DNA from: Hypanus sabinus
Taxonomy: Eukaryota
Assembly (NCBI RefSeq): GCF_030144855.1
Contig: NC_082714.1
Coordinates: 134,974,001 to 135,038,000 of the forward strand
Length of the DNA: 64,000 nucleotides
Direction: 5' to 3'
Part shown: in pieces, positions 1-12,050 of the stretch
How the letters are laid out: every line of letters starts with the position of its first letter
Numbering within the stretch: the first letter of the stretch is position 1
Position numbers and translations under genes: made by a program
The notes under the pieces: generated by a model
What the model was told of the DNA's origin: nothing
Databases searched by the model: none
The model's input: only the letters and a program-made list of their open reading frames with translations

Positions 1-609
1 GTATATAGAAAGGAAAAAATTAAAAGGTGGAGAGGACCAAATATTGATCAAACATTGTTCTCTCCAAATATTTAACAGCTCAAACGCAAGCCACACTTGA
101 GGTCAAGAGGGATAAAAACAAACCAGTAAGCCATTGAGGCAGTGTAACTGAATCATCTATCCAGGTACTAGAAGTTACCAGGAGCCTACAAGATACACAA
201 TAGAGAGAAGTTATGCAAGTATTCATGGAGGAAAGGGTATTTTCATTTATTCAGCATCAAATCCTTAGCATGACCCATTAGCATTTCATGACCAGCTGCA
301 GGTCTACATACACAGGAAAGGAAAGTGGGACAGAAAAAGCAGGTGTGCACCCCTTCCCAAGAATCATGAAACCATAAACACTTTAGGATACTGCATGCAG
401 TTTGTATGGCTACAACACACCCTGTCTGAAGTGTCCCTTCATGATAGGTGCATCTAAATTCCTGCACATGACTTTGCCGTTATTGTATTGCAAATATAAA
501 AGTCCATTTGCACAAATCAAAACACCACAAATCAGTCACATGGTGAATCCATCTGTAGGTATCAATAACGGAAATAGCTAGGGCAATGGGAAAGCTCTCA
601 TTGAACGTT

Positions 610-795
610 AACTCTGGATCTTCTACAAGACAAGCAGATTGTTAGTTTATCACGTGTTCTGAAAGACAGTACTCCATCAATGCAAGACTTGCTCTAGTTG
701 TGCTGAAGCGTCCAATTAGATTATACAAGCAAGTTCTGCAGGGAATTTCATTTCAAAACATTTTAATTGAGGTGAGAATGTTATTACTGAATGAA
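610..795 (-). mobile_element. Highly diverged DeuSINE/SacSINE1-like tRNA-derived SINE fragment
   Basis: Weak similarity to the Deu-domain/tRNA-head region seen more clearly at 23310-23870 and 40190-40425. Confidence 0.35.
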
Positions 796-1059
796 GACAG
801 TATAAAATATGCCCTGACCAAAAGCGGAAGTCTGTTACAAGTAGTCTGGCCTTTTCATTACCCTGCAAACCCAAATTTGGAGGCCCTTATTAGTCAATTC
901 ACAGAAACATAAATTTTGATTAGTTAATTTTTTGTATAAATTCTCATCAAGATGAAGGGCAGAAGAACTTCTGAAACACTTCATTGAAAAGAACACATAG
1001 TACTTTCATAACTATTGCTTTGCTTGTGTTAATGGGGCTACCTAAACATTTACTTAGTT

Positions 1060-2557
1060 ACATAGAAACATAGAAAATAGGTGCAGGAGTAGGCCACTCG
1101 GCCCTTCGAGCCTGCACCTCCATTCAGTATGATCATGGCTGATCATCCAACTCAGAACCCTGTACCTGCTTTCTCTCCATACCTCCTGATCCCTTTAGCC
1201 ACAAGGGCCATATCTAACTTCCAATGAACCGGCCTCAACTGTTTCCTGTGGCAGAGAATTCCACAGATTCACCACTCTCTGTGTGAAGAAGTTTTTCCTC
1301 ATCTCAGTCCTAAAAGGCTTCCCCTTTATCCTTAAACTGTGACCCCACGTTCTGAACTTCCCCGATATCGGAAACAATCTTCCTGCATCTAGCCTGTCCA
1401 ATCCCTTTAGAATTTTATACATTTCAATAAGATCCCCCTTCAATCTTCTAAATTCCAGTGAGTATAAGCCTAGTCGATCCAGTCTTTCTTCATATGAAAG
1501 TCCTGCCATCCCAGGAATCAATCTGGTGAATCTTTTCTGTACTCCCTCTATGGCAAGAATGTCTTTCCTCATATTAGGGGACCAAAACTGCACACAATAT
1601 TCTAGGTGCGGTCTCACCAAGGCCTTGTACAACTGCAGTAGAACCTCCCTGCTCCTGTACTCAAATCCTTTTGCTATGAATGCCAACTTACCATTTGCCT
1701 TTTTCACCGCCTGCTGTAGCTGCATGCCCACCTTCAATGACTGGTGTACAATGACATATAAGATTCAATGACATATAAGATTCGTCAGACATGATTTTCC
1801 TTTCACAAATCCATGCTGACTTTGTCCGATGATTTCACCTCTTTCCAACTGTGCTGTTATCACATCTTTGATAACCGACTCTAGCATTTTCCCCACCACC
1901 AATGTCAGACTAACCGGTCTATAATTCCCCGGTTTCTCTCTCCCTCCTTTTTTAAAAAGTGGGGTTACATTAGCCACCCTCCAATCCTCAGCAACTAATC
2001 CAGAATCTAAGGAGTTTTGAAAAATTATCACTAACTCATCCACTATTTCTTGGGCTACTTCCTTAAGCACTCTGAGATGCAGACCATCTGGCCCTGGGGA
2101 TTTATTTGCCTTTAATCCCTTCAATTTACTTAACACCACTTCCCTACTAACATGTATTTCCCTCAGTTCTTCCATCTCACCCTCGGTCCCTTACTATTTC
2201 CGGAAGATTATTTATGTCCTCCTTAGTGAAGTCAGAACCAAAGTAGTTATTCAATTGGTCTGCCATGTCTTTGTTCCCTATGATCAATTCACCTGTTTCT
2301 GACTGTAAAGGACCTACATTTGTCTTGACCAATCTTTTTCTTTTCAGGTATCTATAAAAGCTTTTACAGTCAGTTTTTATGTTCCCTGCCAGCTTTCTCT
2401 CATAATCTTTTTTCCCTTTCCTAATTAAGCCCTTTGTCCTCCTCTGCTGGTCTCTGAATTTCTCCCAGTCCTCAGGTGTGCCGCTTTTTTTTTGCTAATT
2501 TGTATGTTTCTTCTTTGGACATGATACTATCCCTAATGGACTTGATACTATCCCTAA
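1060..2557 (-). mobile_element. CR1-clade LINE, 5'-truncated, with an internal deletion in RT
   Basis: ORFs 1765-2175 (KSPGPDG..NYRPVSLT..SQHGFVKGKSCLTNL) and 1195-1737 (LYKALVRPHLEYCVQFWSP..FFTQRVVNLWNSLP) are CR1 ORF2 motifs; CATAGAAA-repeat tail at 1061-1080; RT core missing at about 1750-1785. Confidence 0.95.
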
Positions 2558-2588
2558 AGTGTTAAGTGTGTTAGACCAATTCTAATAG

Positions 2589-3197
2589 CTCCAAGGGTAG
2601 TCATAGCCGAAGGGTGGTAGTGGGGACGAGCTCCCACTGCTAAACAAATGCTCTTCATGGCATGTGTCTCAAACAGCCTCTGATAACCAAGTCCAACTCC
2701 CGGCCTTCACGTGTGGCATAGTTCTTATGCCCGGCGGAGCTGTTCTCACTGACTGGAGACGGGGCAAAAGTGGACGACTGGCACCTTAAAATCAGTTGCT
2801 CCAGGCAGATGGGGCTTGTTAACCAAGAATGGTAGCTCATCTAGGAGAAGAAATACTCCAATTTCAAACCTCCGCTGCCTTGCCGCTATACCCGCTCCCA
2901 GGAAAGGCTTTGGGAGTAAACCCCGAGGAAAAATCCAGAGTCGGAGTCCCAAAGGTGGCTGACTGTTGTAGCCAGTATCGGCACGGCGACTCCTGCGTTG
3001 CTGCTGGCACCAAACTGTACCGACTCTCGTCGTTCCTTTGGACCCGTCATCAGCGTGGAGAGGGGGTTCCCACTGCATGGGCAACAGACAGGTCTCCATA
3101 TCAACTCTGCCCTGGCTTGTTCCCTGGAGAAGCCACTGCCAGGAACTACCAGAGGCGCGGTACCCATGGTCAACCATGACCGATGGAGGCCACAACA
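2589..3197 (+). mobile_element. Non-autonomous RTE-clade derivative (5'UTR-like body plus short CAA tail)
   Basis: GC/CpG-rich block in AT-rich DNA; RTE 5'UTR-like string ATCTAGGAGAAG..TTTCAAACCTCCGCTGCCTTG; ends GATGGAGGCCACAACAA; no EN/RT coding. Confidence 0.6.
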
Positions 3198-3829
3198 ATA
3201 GATAAAACTAAAGAGAATACATAATACGTCAGCAGGTAAAAATAAATTATTGATCTATGTTCATGTTTTCCAGCAACAATGGAGGCAGAATAGCCATTTA
3301 CTGAGTGTGTAAGCAAGACATACTTGGAGTGAAATAAGAAAATTGGAAATTACAAGAATGCATCATTTTAGATTCTGGCTGAAAACTGTATAAAGAAGAG
3401 TTTAAATGAACAAACCATTCAGCTTCCAGGATCTGTTTCCAGGAAAGTTTCAACTCCCAAGCTTCATTTGTTGATTCCAACAGTCTCTTGGCCAAGTCTG
3501 TCAGTAGCTGCCTGGAATGGAATTCAAATATTGGGCAATGGGACCAGAAGCACCTGAGACTGAGTAAACGGAAACTGAGGGGGGAGTAGAGGAGAAGGAG
3601 TATGCAATTATTCTCTTGGTTTCATTTTTCAGAACCAAGCACTGCTGGCAAGGCCAGCATTTGTTGATCATCACTTATTGCCCATAAGGTCGCAATGAAC
3701 AAGCTTTTAGAACTATTGAGGGCTTTCTGTGAAGATATTCCCACTGTGCTCCTGGGTCGTGAACTCAAGAACTTAGACCCAGTGAAAGAATGCTGGCATG
3801 TAATACAGAAAGGAGATGGTGACTTGAAG

Positions 3830-4045
3830 GTACACAAGAGATGCTGTGGGCGCTGGAAATCTAGAAACGTGTACAAAATGCTGGCGGAACTCAGAAAGAT
3901 AGGCAGCATCTATGAGGATGTGAACAGTCAATATTTCGGGAAAGACCCTTCATCAGATGAAGGATTTCGGCCCAGAATGCAGTCTGTTTATTTCCCTCCA
4001 TGGATGCTGCTTGACTTGCTGATTTCCTCCGGCATTTTGTCAGTA
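3830..4045. mobile_element. Fold-back (palindromic) Penelope-derived mini-element with hammerhead motif and 10-bp TSD
   Basis: Inverted arms CAAAATGCTGGCGGAACTCAG...CTGATTTCCTCCGGCATTTTG centred on TTCATC-A-GATGAA; TGACTTGAAG at 3820-3829 and 4046-4055. Confidence 0.85.
3925..3956 (-). ncRNA. Minimal type-I hammerhead ribozyme core (Penelope-type), lacking the 5' strand of stem I
   Basis: Minus strand reads CUGAUGA-A-GGG-UCUUU-CCC-GAAA-UAUU-GACUG; both conserved boxes intact. Confidence 0.7.
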
Positions 4046-4989
4046 TGACTTGAAGACAACTGTTATGTAGAAATGATGTGTTTGGGAGGAACTGTTAGTC
4101 AGTGTACGTATCTGTGGTACGCATTGTAAATGATATGCACTGCATTGTGTGCTGGTGTTGAAGGAATGAAGTTGTTGTGATACCAATCAAGTGTACAATT
4201 TTATCCTGGTTTCAAGCTTCTTGGGGTTGGAGCTGTACTCATACAGGCAAGTAGAATTGTATTCCATCATGTCCTGGCTTGTGGCTAGTGAATGGTGGCA
4301 AGTTCATGGGATGTGAGGAAGCATATCACATCCAGCAGGATAACTAGACTCTGACCAGCTTGAGTTGCCACCACATTTATGTGCTTGGTCCAGTTGAGTT
4401 TGTTGCCAATGATGAGTACCCCTCCCCTTGCATAGTGAAAATATTAAAAGAACTAAATCAGAAATAAAAACAAAAAATTAATGCTGTAAACACTCAGCAT
4501 TGATGGAATGAGAAACAGAATTGGCGTTTCTAATGGAAGGCACTTCAACAAACTCAATTGTTGCAGGTGGGGGAAATTGCCAATGGTAAATGAACATCAA
4601 AGGCTGGTAATTAGGTTCTCTTCTTAGAGATGGTCATGTCTTTATACTACAGATTTTATCTACTATTTGACAGCCCGTTCCAGAATATTGTCCAGGTCTT
4701 GCTGTGTGCAAGCACATACACCCTCCTTTACTGAGCAACTTGAACAAAACTGAGCATTGTTCAAACAGCAAACATTCTGACTTCTGACCTAATGATGGAC
4801 GGACCATTATTGGAGTGAAAATTGTTGGGCCTCAGACACCGCTCCAGGAAAATCCTGCAGTGATATCCTGGAACTGGGACAATCAACCTCCAACAACAAT
4901 TCCCATTTGACACTGGTGAAACCAATGTTTTCTCGAACAGATGATGATGAATAAATATCTTCAGCTACAGCAGTACTTATGCTGAAGGT

Positions 4990-5480
4990 AACTTCCCCAA
5001 TTCTGTTAGATTGGGAATTCCAGTCTTTAGACCTGGTTTTAGCAACAAATAAGGAACAGATGGTATGTGACTTGGAGGGGAACATGCAGATGATACTGTG
5101 CCTATGTGCCGGGTGTCCTAGTCTTTTTTTTATGGCAAAAATTGCTGATTTGAGGTGCTCTCAAGAAAATCTAGATAAGAAACTGCAATTCAATTTCTAG
5201 ATGGTGACGCCGCAACCATGTGGTGCCAGCATTAGAGGAAACATAATGCTTAGGTAGAGCATGCAGTGGGTGCACTGGGTGCAATGCTAGAATTGTACTT
5301 ATCGAGGCAAGAGGAAAGTATTCCATCACAACCCTGATAGGCCTTGTAAGTGTGAAAGGACGAAGTGTCAGGAGTGTGAGTTACTCAGCAATAACTTTCC
5401 ATTTGGGGCCAAAGAATCCTGTTCCATCTGGTCCACAATGAAATTTTAAATTCTGACCTTTCAGGGCCTCTTTCCATTCC
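4990..5480 (-). mobile_element. Second fragment of the old CR1/L2-like LINE 3' region
   Basis: Similar to 3760-4400 (e.g. TGTGACTTGGAGGGGAAC, GTATTCCATCA). Confidence 0.45.
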
Positions 5481-6719
5481 AATTCTCGTCACCAGTTTAT
5501 CTATGTGGTGTAGGCAGAGCGGCTTCATTTCCAGACATCTGGTTAAAATTGCAATTGGATTCTGATATGGGGATTTAAGCAAGGATTCTTTTTACATTTA
5601 GTAGATTTCCCTTCTTCCTACTTTGAAGAGCAATTAAAAAAAGGAAGGCAGCAGCATCTTAGGTAACTTGCAGAGAACATTTAAATTGCCTGTTTTTTTG
5701 TGATTTCTTGTCTTGCTTGGAAATTGAAAATTAAATTAACGTACAGATTACATTTTGCAAATCTGGTCAGCTTTGAGTTCACAATTTTTGCAAACATCTT
5801 CATTCTATTTGCATACCACCAACCACTCACTCAAGGAAACCAAGAGGGAATTAAATATTCATAAGAGCTACTTTACACTGATCTGAAATGGATCCCAATC
5901 TATTTTTTTTCAGTGCAATGCACCCTGAACACCAATACACGAACATCAGCTGTGCTCTCAATCTCTTTACAATAATATAAATCTTTGACTCAGTGAGTTG
6001 GTGGCAATTTTAATTACTAATTAGCCTGGTGTTGCCATGGTGCTTCCAAAAGAATGTATGTACAAGTAGCATTAATTCTCTCATTGTTTCTGTTCTCCAC
6101 CTCCACCATCCCCCATGGCCCCACCTCCACCCTGCAAACACTACCCCAACAAGCACTATGTATTTTCAATACTTCCTTCAATACATGATGTTTCTGCCGC
6201 ATTTCTGAAAGAATTGATCGTGTCTGCATGTTGTCAATATATTCACTGTCGCAAGAAAAACTGGTATGAAATTTCAAGGGTCAATTATGTCATTTCCCCA
6301 CAGGAAACAAAAATCAACCATAATCATATAATCCAAACAATTACATAGAATTTACAGCCCAGAAATGTACCATTCTGGCCAATAAGTCAGTGCTAGTGCC
6401 TATGTTTCCCTCTCACATCCTTTAGAGCTCATGAAAGCATTTAGTAAATGACATTTAATCCATATTTTAACTAAGGCAACAACATCACTTTCTCACTCCT
6501 TCCCCCATCCCCAGTTGAAAATGAGTGGTCATGAGAACAACTTAAGCAATAAGTAGAATAAATAATTACTAAACTCCTTAAGATTACACGTACATAGGCA
6601 TTATAATTTAAATACAGTTTATGTGCTGCAGTTAATCACTCTGACTTGGCTAAGCTGATAACAAAACACGGAAAGATATTATGACAATTTTAACATCTCT
6701 GTAAAGTTGGAAATATAAT

Positions 6720-8130
6720 CAAAGCCCCGGCCACCAGAGACATTCTCTCTTCTCCTCTCCCCCATTGGACAGAAGATAAAAAGCCTGAAAGGACATACCA
6801 CCAGGCTCTTGAATGGACTTCTTGTACGATAGGACCTTGGCCTCACAATCTATCTCAGAACTACAATCAGGTTTATTATCACTGGCATGTGACATGAAAT
6901 TTGTTAACGTAGCAGCAGCAGTTCAATGCAATTCATAATCTAGAAGAGAAAAATACATTTAAAAAAAATAAATATATAAATTGCAGTATACGTATATTGA
7001 ATAGATTTTAAAACATGCAGAAAACAGAAATACTGTATATTTGAAGAAGTAAGGTAGTGTCCAAGGGTTCAATGTCTATTTAGGAATCGGATAGCAGAGG
7101 GAAGAAGCTGTTCCTGAATCGCTGAGTGTGTGCCTTCAGGCTTCTGTATCTCCTACCTGACAGTGATAAAAGGGCATGCCCTGGGTACTGGTGGTCCTTA
7201 ATAATGGACACTCCCTTTCTGAGACACTGCTCCCCAAAGATGACCTGGGTACTTTGTAGGCTAGTACCCAAGATGGAGCCGACTAGAATTACAACCCTCT
7301 GCAGCTTCTTTCGGTCCTGTGCAGTAGCCAGCCAACCACTCCATACCAGACACTGATGTAGCCTGTCAGAATGCCCTCTGCGGTACATCTATAGAAGTTT
7401 TTGAGTGTATTTGTTGACATGCCAAATCACTTCAAACTCCTAATGAGATTTGAAGAGAGAAGTCACTCTCTTGCCTTCTTTATAACTGCATCAATATGTT
7501 GGGACCAGATTAGATCCTCAGCGATCTTGTCACCCAGGAATTTGAAGCTGCTCATTCTCTCCACTTCTGATCCCTCTATGAGGATTGGTATATGTTCCTT
7601 CATCTTACCCTTCCTGAAGTCCACTATCAGCTCTTTCATCTTATTGGTGTTGAGTGCAAGGTTGTTGCTGCGGCACCACTTCACTAGTTGGCATATCGCA
7701 CTCCTGTATGCCCTCTTGTCACCACCTGAGATATTACCAACAATGGTTGTATCGTCAGCAAACTTATGGATGGTACTTGAGCTATGCCTGGCCACACAGT
7801 CATGTGTATATAGAGAGTAGAGCAGTGGGCTAAGCACACACCCCTGAGGTGCACCAGTGTTGATCACCAGCAAGTAGGATATGTTATCACTAATCCACAC
7901 AGATTGTGGTCTTCTGGTTAGGAAGTCGAGGATCCATTATGATCTTGCACTTTATTGTTTCCCTGCACTGCAATTTTTCAGTAGTTTTTACACTTTATCC
8001 TGCATTATCATTGTTTTACTTTATTCCCCCTCAATGCACTGTGTAATGATCTAATTGATGTGAACAGTACACAAGACAAGCTTGTGATGACATCTTGGTA
8101 TATGTGACAATAATAAACCAATACCAAATA
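6720..8130 (+). mobile_element. Rex1/Babar-like LINE 3' end split by the insertion at 6857-7935
   Basis: C-terminal remnant at 6720-6856 resumes at 7936 (CACAATCTATCTC|ATTATGATCTTGCAC) and ends AATAAACCAATACCAA. Confidence 0.65.
6857..7935 (-). mobile_element. Rex1/Babar-clade LINE, 5'-truncated RT and 3'UTR
   Basis: ORF 7463-7900 NTGAPQGCVLSPLLYSLYTHDC..KFADDTT..KELIVDFRK; C-terminal HTQRFRNSFFP; tail AATAAACCTGATT. Confidence 0.93.
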
Positions 8131-8211
8131 TCAAATGACTAATCATAACTCCACATTTTTATTCAGTCATAGCCAGCAAAGTGCACTGCAAATGAAGCTT
8201 TTAAAAGAGAT

Positions 8212-8530
8212 GAGCTTTATTTGTCACATCTACACCAGAACATTGAAATATACAGTGAAATGCTCATTTGTGTCAATGACCAACGCAGTCTGAGAATGTG
8301 CGGAAGGCAGTCCAGAAGTGTCACCATACTGCTGGTGCCGACATAGCATATTCACAACTTATCAACCCTTTACTAGCTAATATGCGCCTGGAATGTAGGA
8401 GGAAACCACTTGGAGGAAGTCCATGCCATTACGTGGAGAACATTCAAACCCCTTACAGACAGCAGTGGAAATTGAACCCTAGTAGTTGGTGCGGTAAAGC
8501 GCTATGCTAGTTACTATGTGACTGTGAAGC
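8212..8530 (-). mobile_element. tRNA-derived V-SINE-like element with a Rex1-type tail
   Basis: Minus-strand B-box GGGTTCAATTTCC; V-domain-like ATGTTCTCCACGT..TTCCTCC..TTTCCTCCTACATTCCA; tail GTGACAAATAAAGCT. Confidence 0.7.
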
Positions 8531-10239
8531 TGGAACACCGCAGATACGTTCTGGAGATTGGAATGCTGGGACCAAAGTCCCCAAAAAATGCTGATGATTT
8601 ATCCAGCTTGGTTCCCACATGGCCACAGAAAATCATCCACTGAACCAAGCACTACTAACTGATGCAGTTCGAGGGAGAGGCAATCACAGTGCAGACACAA
8701 GGACTGTCTTTGACAGCCAGTGGCACCCCGCCCCAGCCTCTGTGGGCTTTCAAAGCTGTTACTGTTATTAGGGCCATTGAAGGTTTTGGCATTTAGTAAT
8801 GCTTTGTACACATTTAAAAAATCTTCAGTAGAAAAATATGGTAAATGTATTTTACATCCAAAACATGTTCACACATTTAAATTAAAATAATTGAAATTAA
8901 CTGAAATGAAAAAGGTAAAGTGGAGAATTTCACACATTTACTTTTATAGGGACTGAACTGCTCATCCCAGGATTCAGCTGGCACAGCCTCAGTGGGCAGA
9001 TTTGCCAGCCTGGGAGCTGGGAAACTGTGTTAGTTCACACCAACCCTCCATGAGGATCCTGGTGGGGCAGCACTGGGGAAGCAGGCATGCCTGGGGGGGC
9101 AGCAAGGTAGAAAGTGTCAACTTAGGTTCACAAAATCACTAAAAGGAGAATGTCCAAGGGAAAAAGCACAAGCAGGTGCAGGCCATAGAGTCACAAAGTT
9201 CAGACCAGGGAATTTTGATATAAGTGATCCTGGTTCCTAAAAGTCCACAGTAAAGGCATCTTAATGTAATGTCATTACATTTAATTGTGACAACCATAGA
9301 TATGTCAAGTGGTTTAAATTATCAATTCTTCATTTAAATAACTAGATGAAAAAGAAAAACAATTTAGAATTTCCTTTCAGCTGCAAAGCACTCTCTCAAG
9401 TAGTCTGAATACACTAAATATTATTATAAATAAAACATCCAACACTTGGTAGTGGCTTAATAAAATCCTAAGGATAGACTTGGAATAAAAATTACATATT
9501 CACATCACAGAAGTTTGTCTTCACTTTGAAGTCGAACATGCCAGTGAGACCACCAGCCCACTTGATGCTGAGGGTCTAATAAAGCTTTTCTTTCATGAAG
9601 TGATCCCTGGCACCAGATAATAAAAACAAATGTGGGCATCGAGTGCTGTTCAAGCTGTTGGAGGTCTTTCTGCAGGTTCTTCCTGTCAGGCTGCAAAGCC
9701 AATCATGGCAACCATCCCATTATACCCTGGCAGCCATCCAATGCTCCAAGAGCCCCTTCAATGGGCACAAGCATCTGCCAATCTGCTCCACACACTCAGC
9801 ATACTGTGAGGTGCAATCAGGCCAAGTTCAACAGAATGACTTTCTAATAACTTTTGCTCTTCCATTTAAACCTTGCATTCTTTACTCCATGTGATGGGCC
9901 TGATCCAGAATGCAGAACAGAAGCAATTAGATATTTTGGTTTGTGCATCGGAAAATCTGGTTTCTAAAATAAGATCACATTATCAGAAATGTATAACAAA
10001 GTAAAATAGTGCAGCTCTAATCTGCTCTTTTTAAAAAAAGTATAAGATTTTTTTTAAATAAGGCTTTGTAGTATCGTCATGATATTGTTTACTACTTTCT
10101 ATTTCACATCTATTAACTGTAGTCTAATTATCAATTTTGTAAGATTTGTTATAAATAGAGCTGAGAATTTGAAGCGTTCATTTCTCATTGTTAATAAATA
10201 CAGTGTTTGGAAAGCAGAATGTACTTTCTAATATTAGAT

Positions 10240-10345
10240 CATCAGACATGAGAGCAGAAATAGGCCACTCAGCCCATCAACTTTGCTCCTCCATTTGGTC
10301 ATAGCTGATTTATTTTCCCTCTCAGCTTTATTCTCCTGCCTAACT
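10240..10345 (-). mobile_element. CR1 3'UTR stub
   Basis: AGCAGAAATAGGCCACTCAGCCCATC..CATAGCTGATTTATTTTCCCTCTC resembles the 3' ends of other CR1 copies in the window. Confidence 0.6.
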
Positions 10346-10754
10346 ACCTCAGGGAAATGTCTTTAAGGTTACAAAAGTTTTTTTTTACTACATTCACGAT
10401 CCAGTGAGCAACACTGTAAGCTTCAAGAAGTTGAACCTTGTCTTTGTCACCAGTTTATTTTGTGATAGCTTTGCAAAACTCTGTGTCATTAAAGAATGAA
10501 AATCACACAATTAGGGACTCTCATTAATTTTAACCGTTTTATGGTCATTGCGTTCAATTAACTCCTCGCCATGACTCTGCCCTTGACACAAATGTTCTCA
10601 CCTGCAATATACATTGCATGGTGCAATAATAGCAATTACTCCAAGAGATTGAAAAAAGATCTTTTAATAGCTGAAAAACAACAAGTTTCTGGAATAAGAG
10701 TAACACACAGTGAAACTCTAAAATATAGCAGAGAAGTATTCTGTAGTACAAAGT

Positions 10755-12050
10755 CATAAACTCACCTCCATCAGCTAGGAAGAGGAGAGCTTCCCAGGGA
10801 TCTCAGAGATAGTGTATTCTGCTTACCTTCAAGGAATAAGATGAGGCTTGCTACAATAACTACAAAGGGGTCTCTCTGCTATAGCCATGGGAGAGGACAT
10901 TGCTAGGATTCTACTTAACCATCTCTTCCTGAAGAGGTTCACCAGGAGTTGCGTCCTTGAGGAAGGGCCACTATTATCCTCTCTTCCCTATCTGTCTCAT
11001 GGGGTTGAGGATGACTTGTATCCAATCAAGTTGTAGGGTTCATACACTGCCAAAGATAAACAGGATGCACTCAATGTTTCAGGTATTAAGGTAGTACAAT
11101 AGATGGTGTGCTCCTTCTACTGTTTTATTGCATGTCTACTTGCTCCCCCAGAAGAGAATCAAAATCCACAATGCCATCCTAAGTACTCCTTTGAGCCACC
11201 ATAGGACAGGAACTCTCAGCAGTCAGTAACAATGCAACATCTTTTCAAGAAGACTCAAAGAATATCTGCAAACCTTTTCCTTTGACCTCCTGGTAATTCC
11301 TTACTCTGGTGTAACTTGGAGTATTTTGGGTGGAAAGGATGGAAGATGATATTTAACTGCAGATTATAAAGAAGAGAAAGGCAGAGTTGCAAGGAGCATT
11401 TGAGTTGTAGGCTGCAAGAGAGAAAATGAGGGGAGTAATGTGAACTGTAGGAAGTCAGGTAGCATGATTGGGAGGTGGTTTGGTGTTTGTAACTCAAGTA
11501 GAGGTTTGGGCTTTTGACCAGAACATCCAGGAGACAAAGGTCTTCTACCAGCATGACCTCAATGCACAACACATCTCATTGATCAATTATTTTTTTATGG
11601 ATCACTCTCTAAATCTCTAGAGCTAGAAATAAAATTCACCACTGCCTCCACTGTCCCAGCACAGCACGCAGCCAACTTAATTAAAGACCCTTGAAAGACC
11701 AATTCCTGAAACCTGGCACCATGCTTATGGATTACCAAGCAGATACCTAACCTCCTGTAAAATATGCAGACATAGACAATTTTAGCAGGCACCTCAAAAC
11801 AGTGTCTCCACAAATACACCAAACCCAGTGATGAAAAAGGTGAACCAATATCAAAGTCCTCTCTTGGGCCAACATTTTCAGCACTTTAGCATTGATTAAG
11901 TTCCACCAGCTCTGGTGGATGAGCCATGCTGTCTGTCTACCCAATACCCCCCAGACTCTCAACAAGTTCTGTTCTGGCAAGAGGTTTTCGTAAGGGCAGA
12001 GAAAATACTTCAGGGATGTTTCACAGGGTTATTGATTAAATATAATATAA
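10755..12050. mobile_element. Decayed RTE (BovB-like) LINE fragments in both orientations
   Basis: Plus strand: GDLRD..NYKGVSLL..IARILLNHL (10780-10930) and C-terminal GQRKYFRDV (about 11990-12020); minus strand: GGQRKRFADIL (about 11260-11300). Confidence 0.6.

Larger units (their letters stand above)
3600..4900 (-). mobile_element. Old CR1/L2-like LINE RT and 3' region, interrupted by insertions at 3830-4045 and about 4440-4560
   Basis: Minus-strand remnants of KLNWT, QQDLDNI and GPTIF RT motifs; host sequence TGACTTGAAG duplicated around the inner insertion. Confidence 0.55.

Noticed and set aside
2655-3201. Several overlapping ORFs of up to 150 aa
   Set aside because: By-product of high GC in a repeat; no protein motifs
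8950-9110. GC-rich plus-strand segment after a good acceptor
   Set aside because: Stops in all three frames before the next plausible donor
10755-10835. Two strong minus-strand splice donor matches
   Set aside because: They lie within a decayed RTE RT fragment
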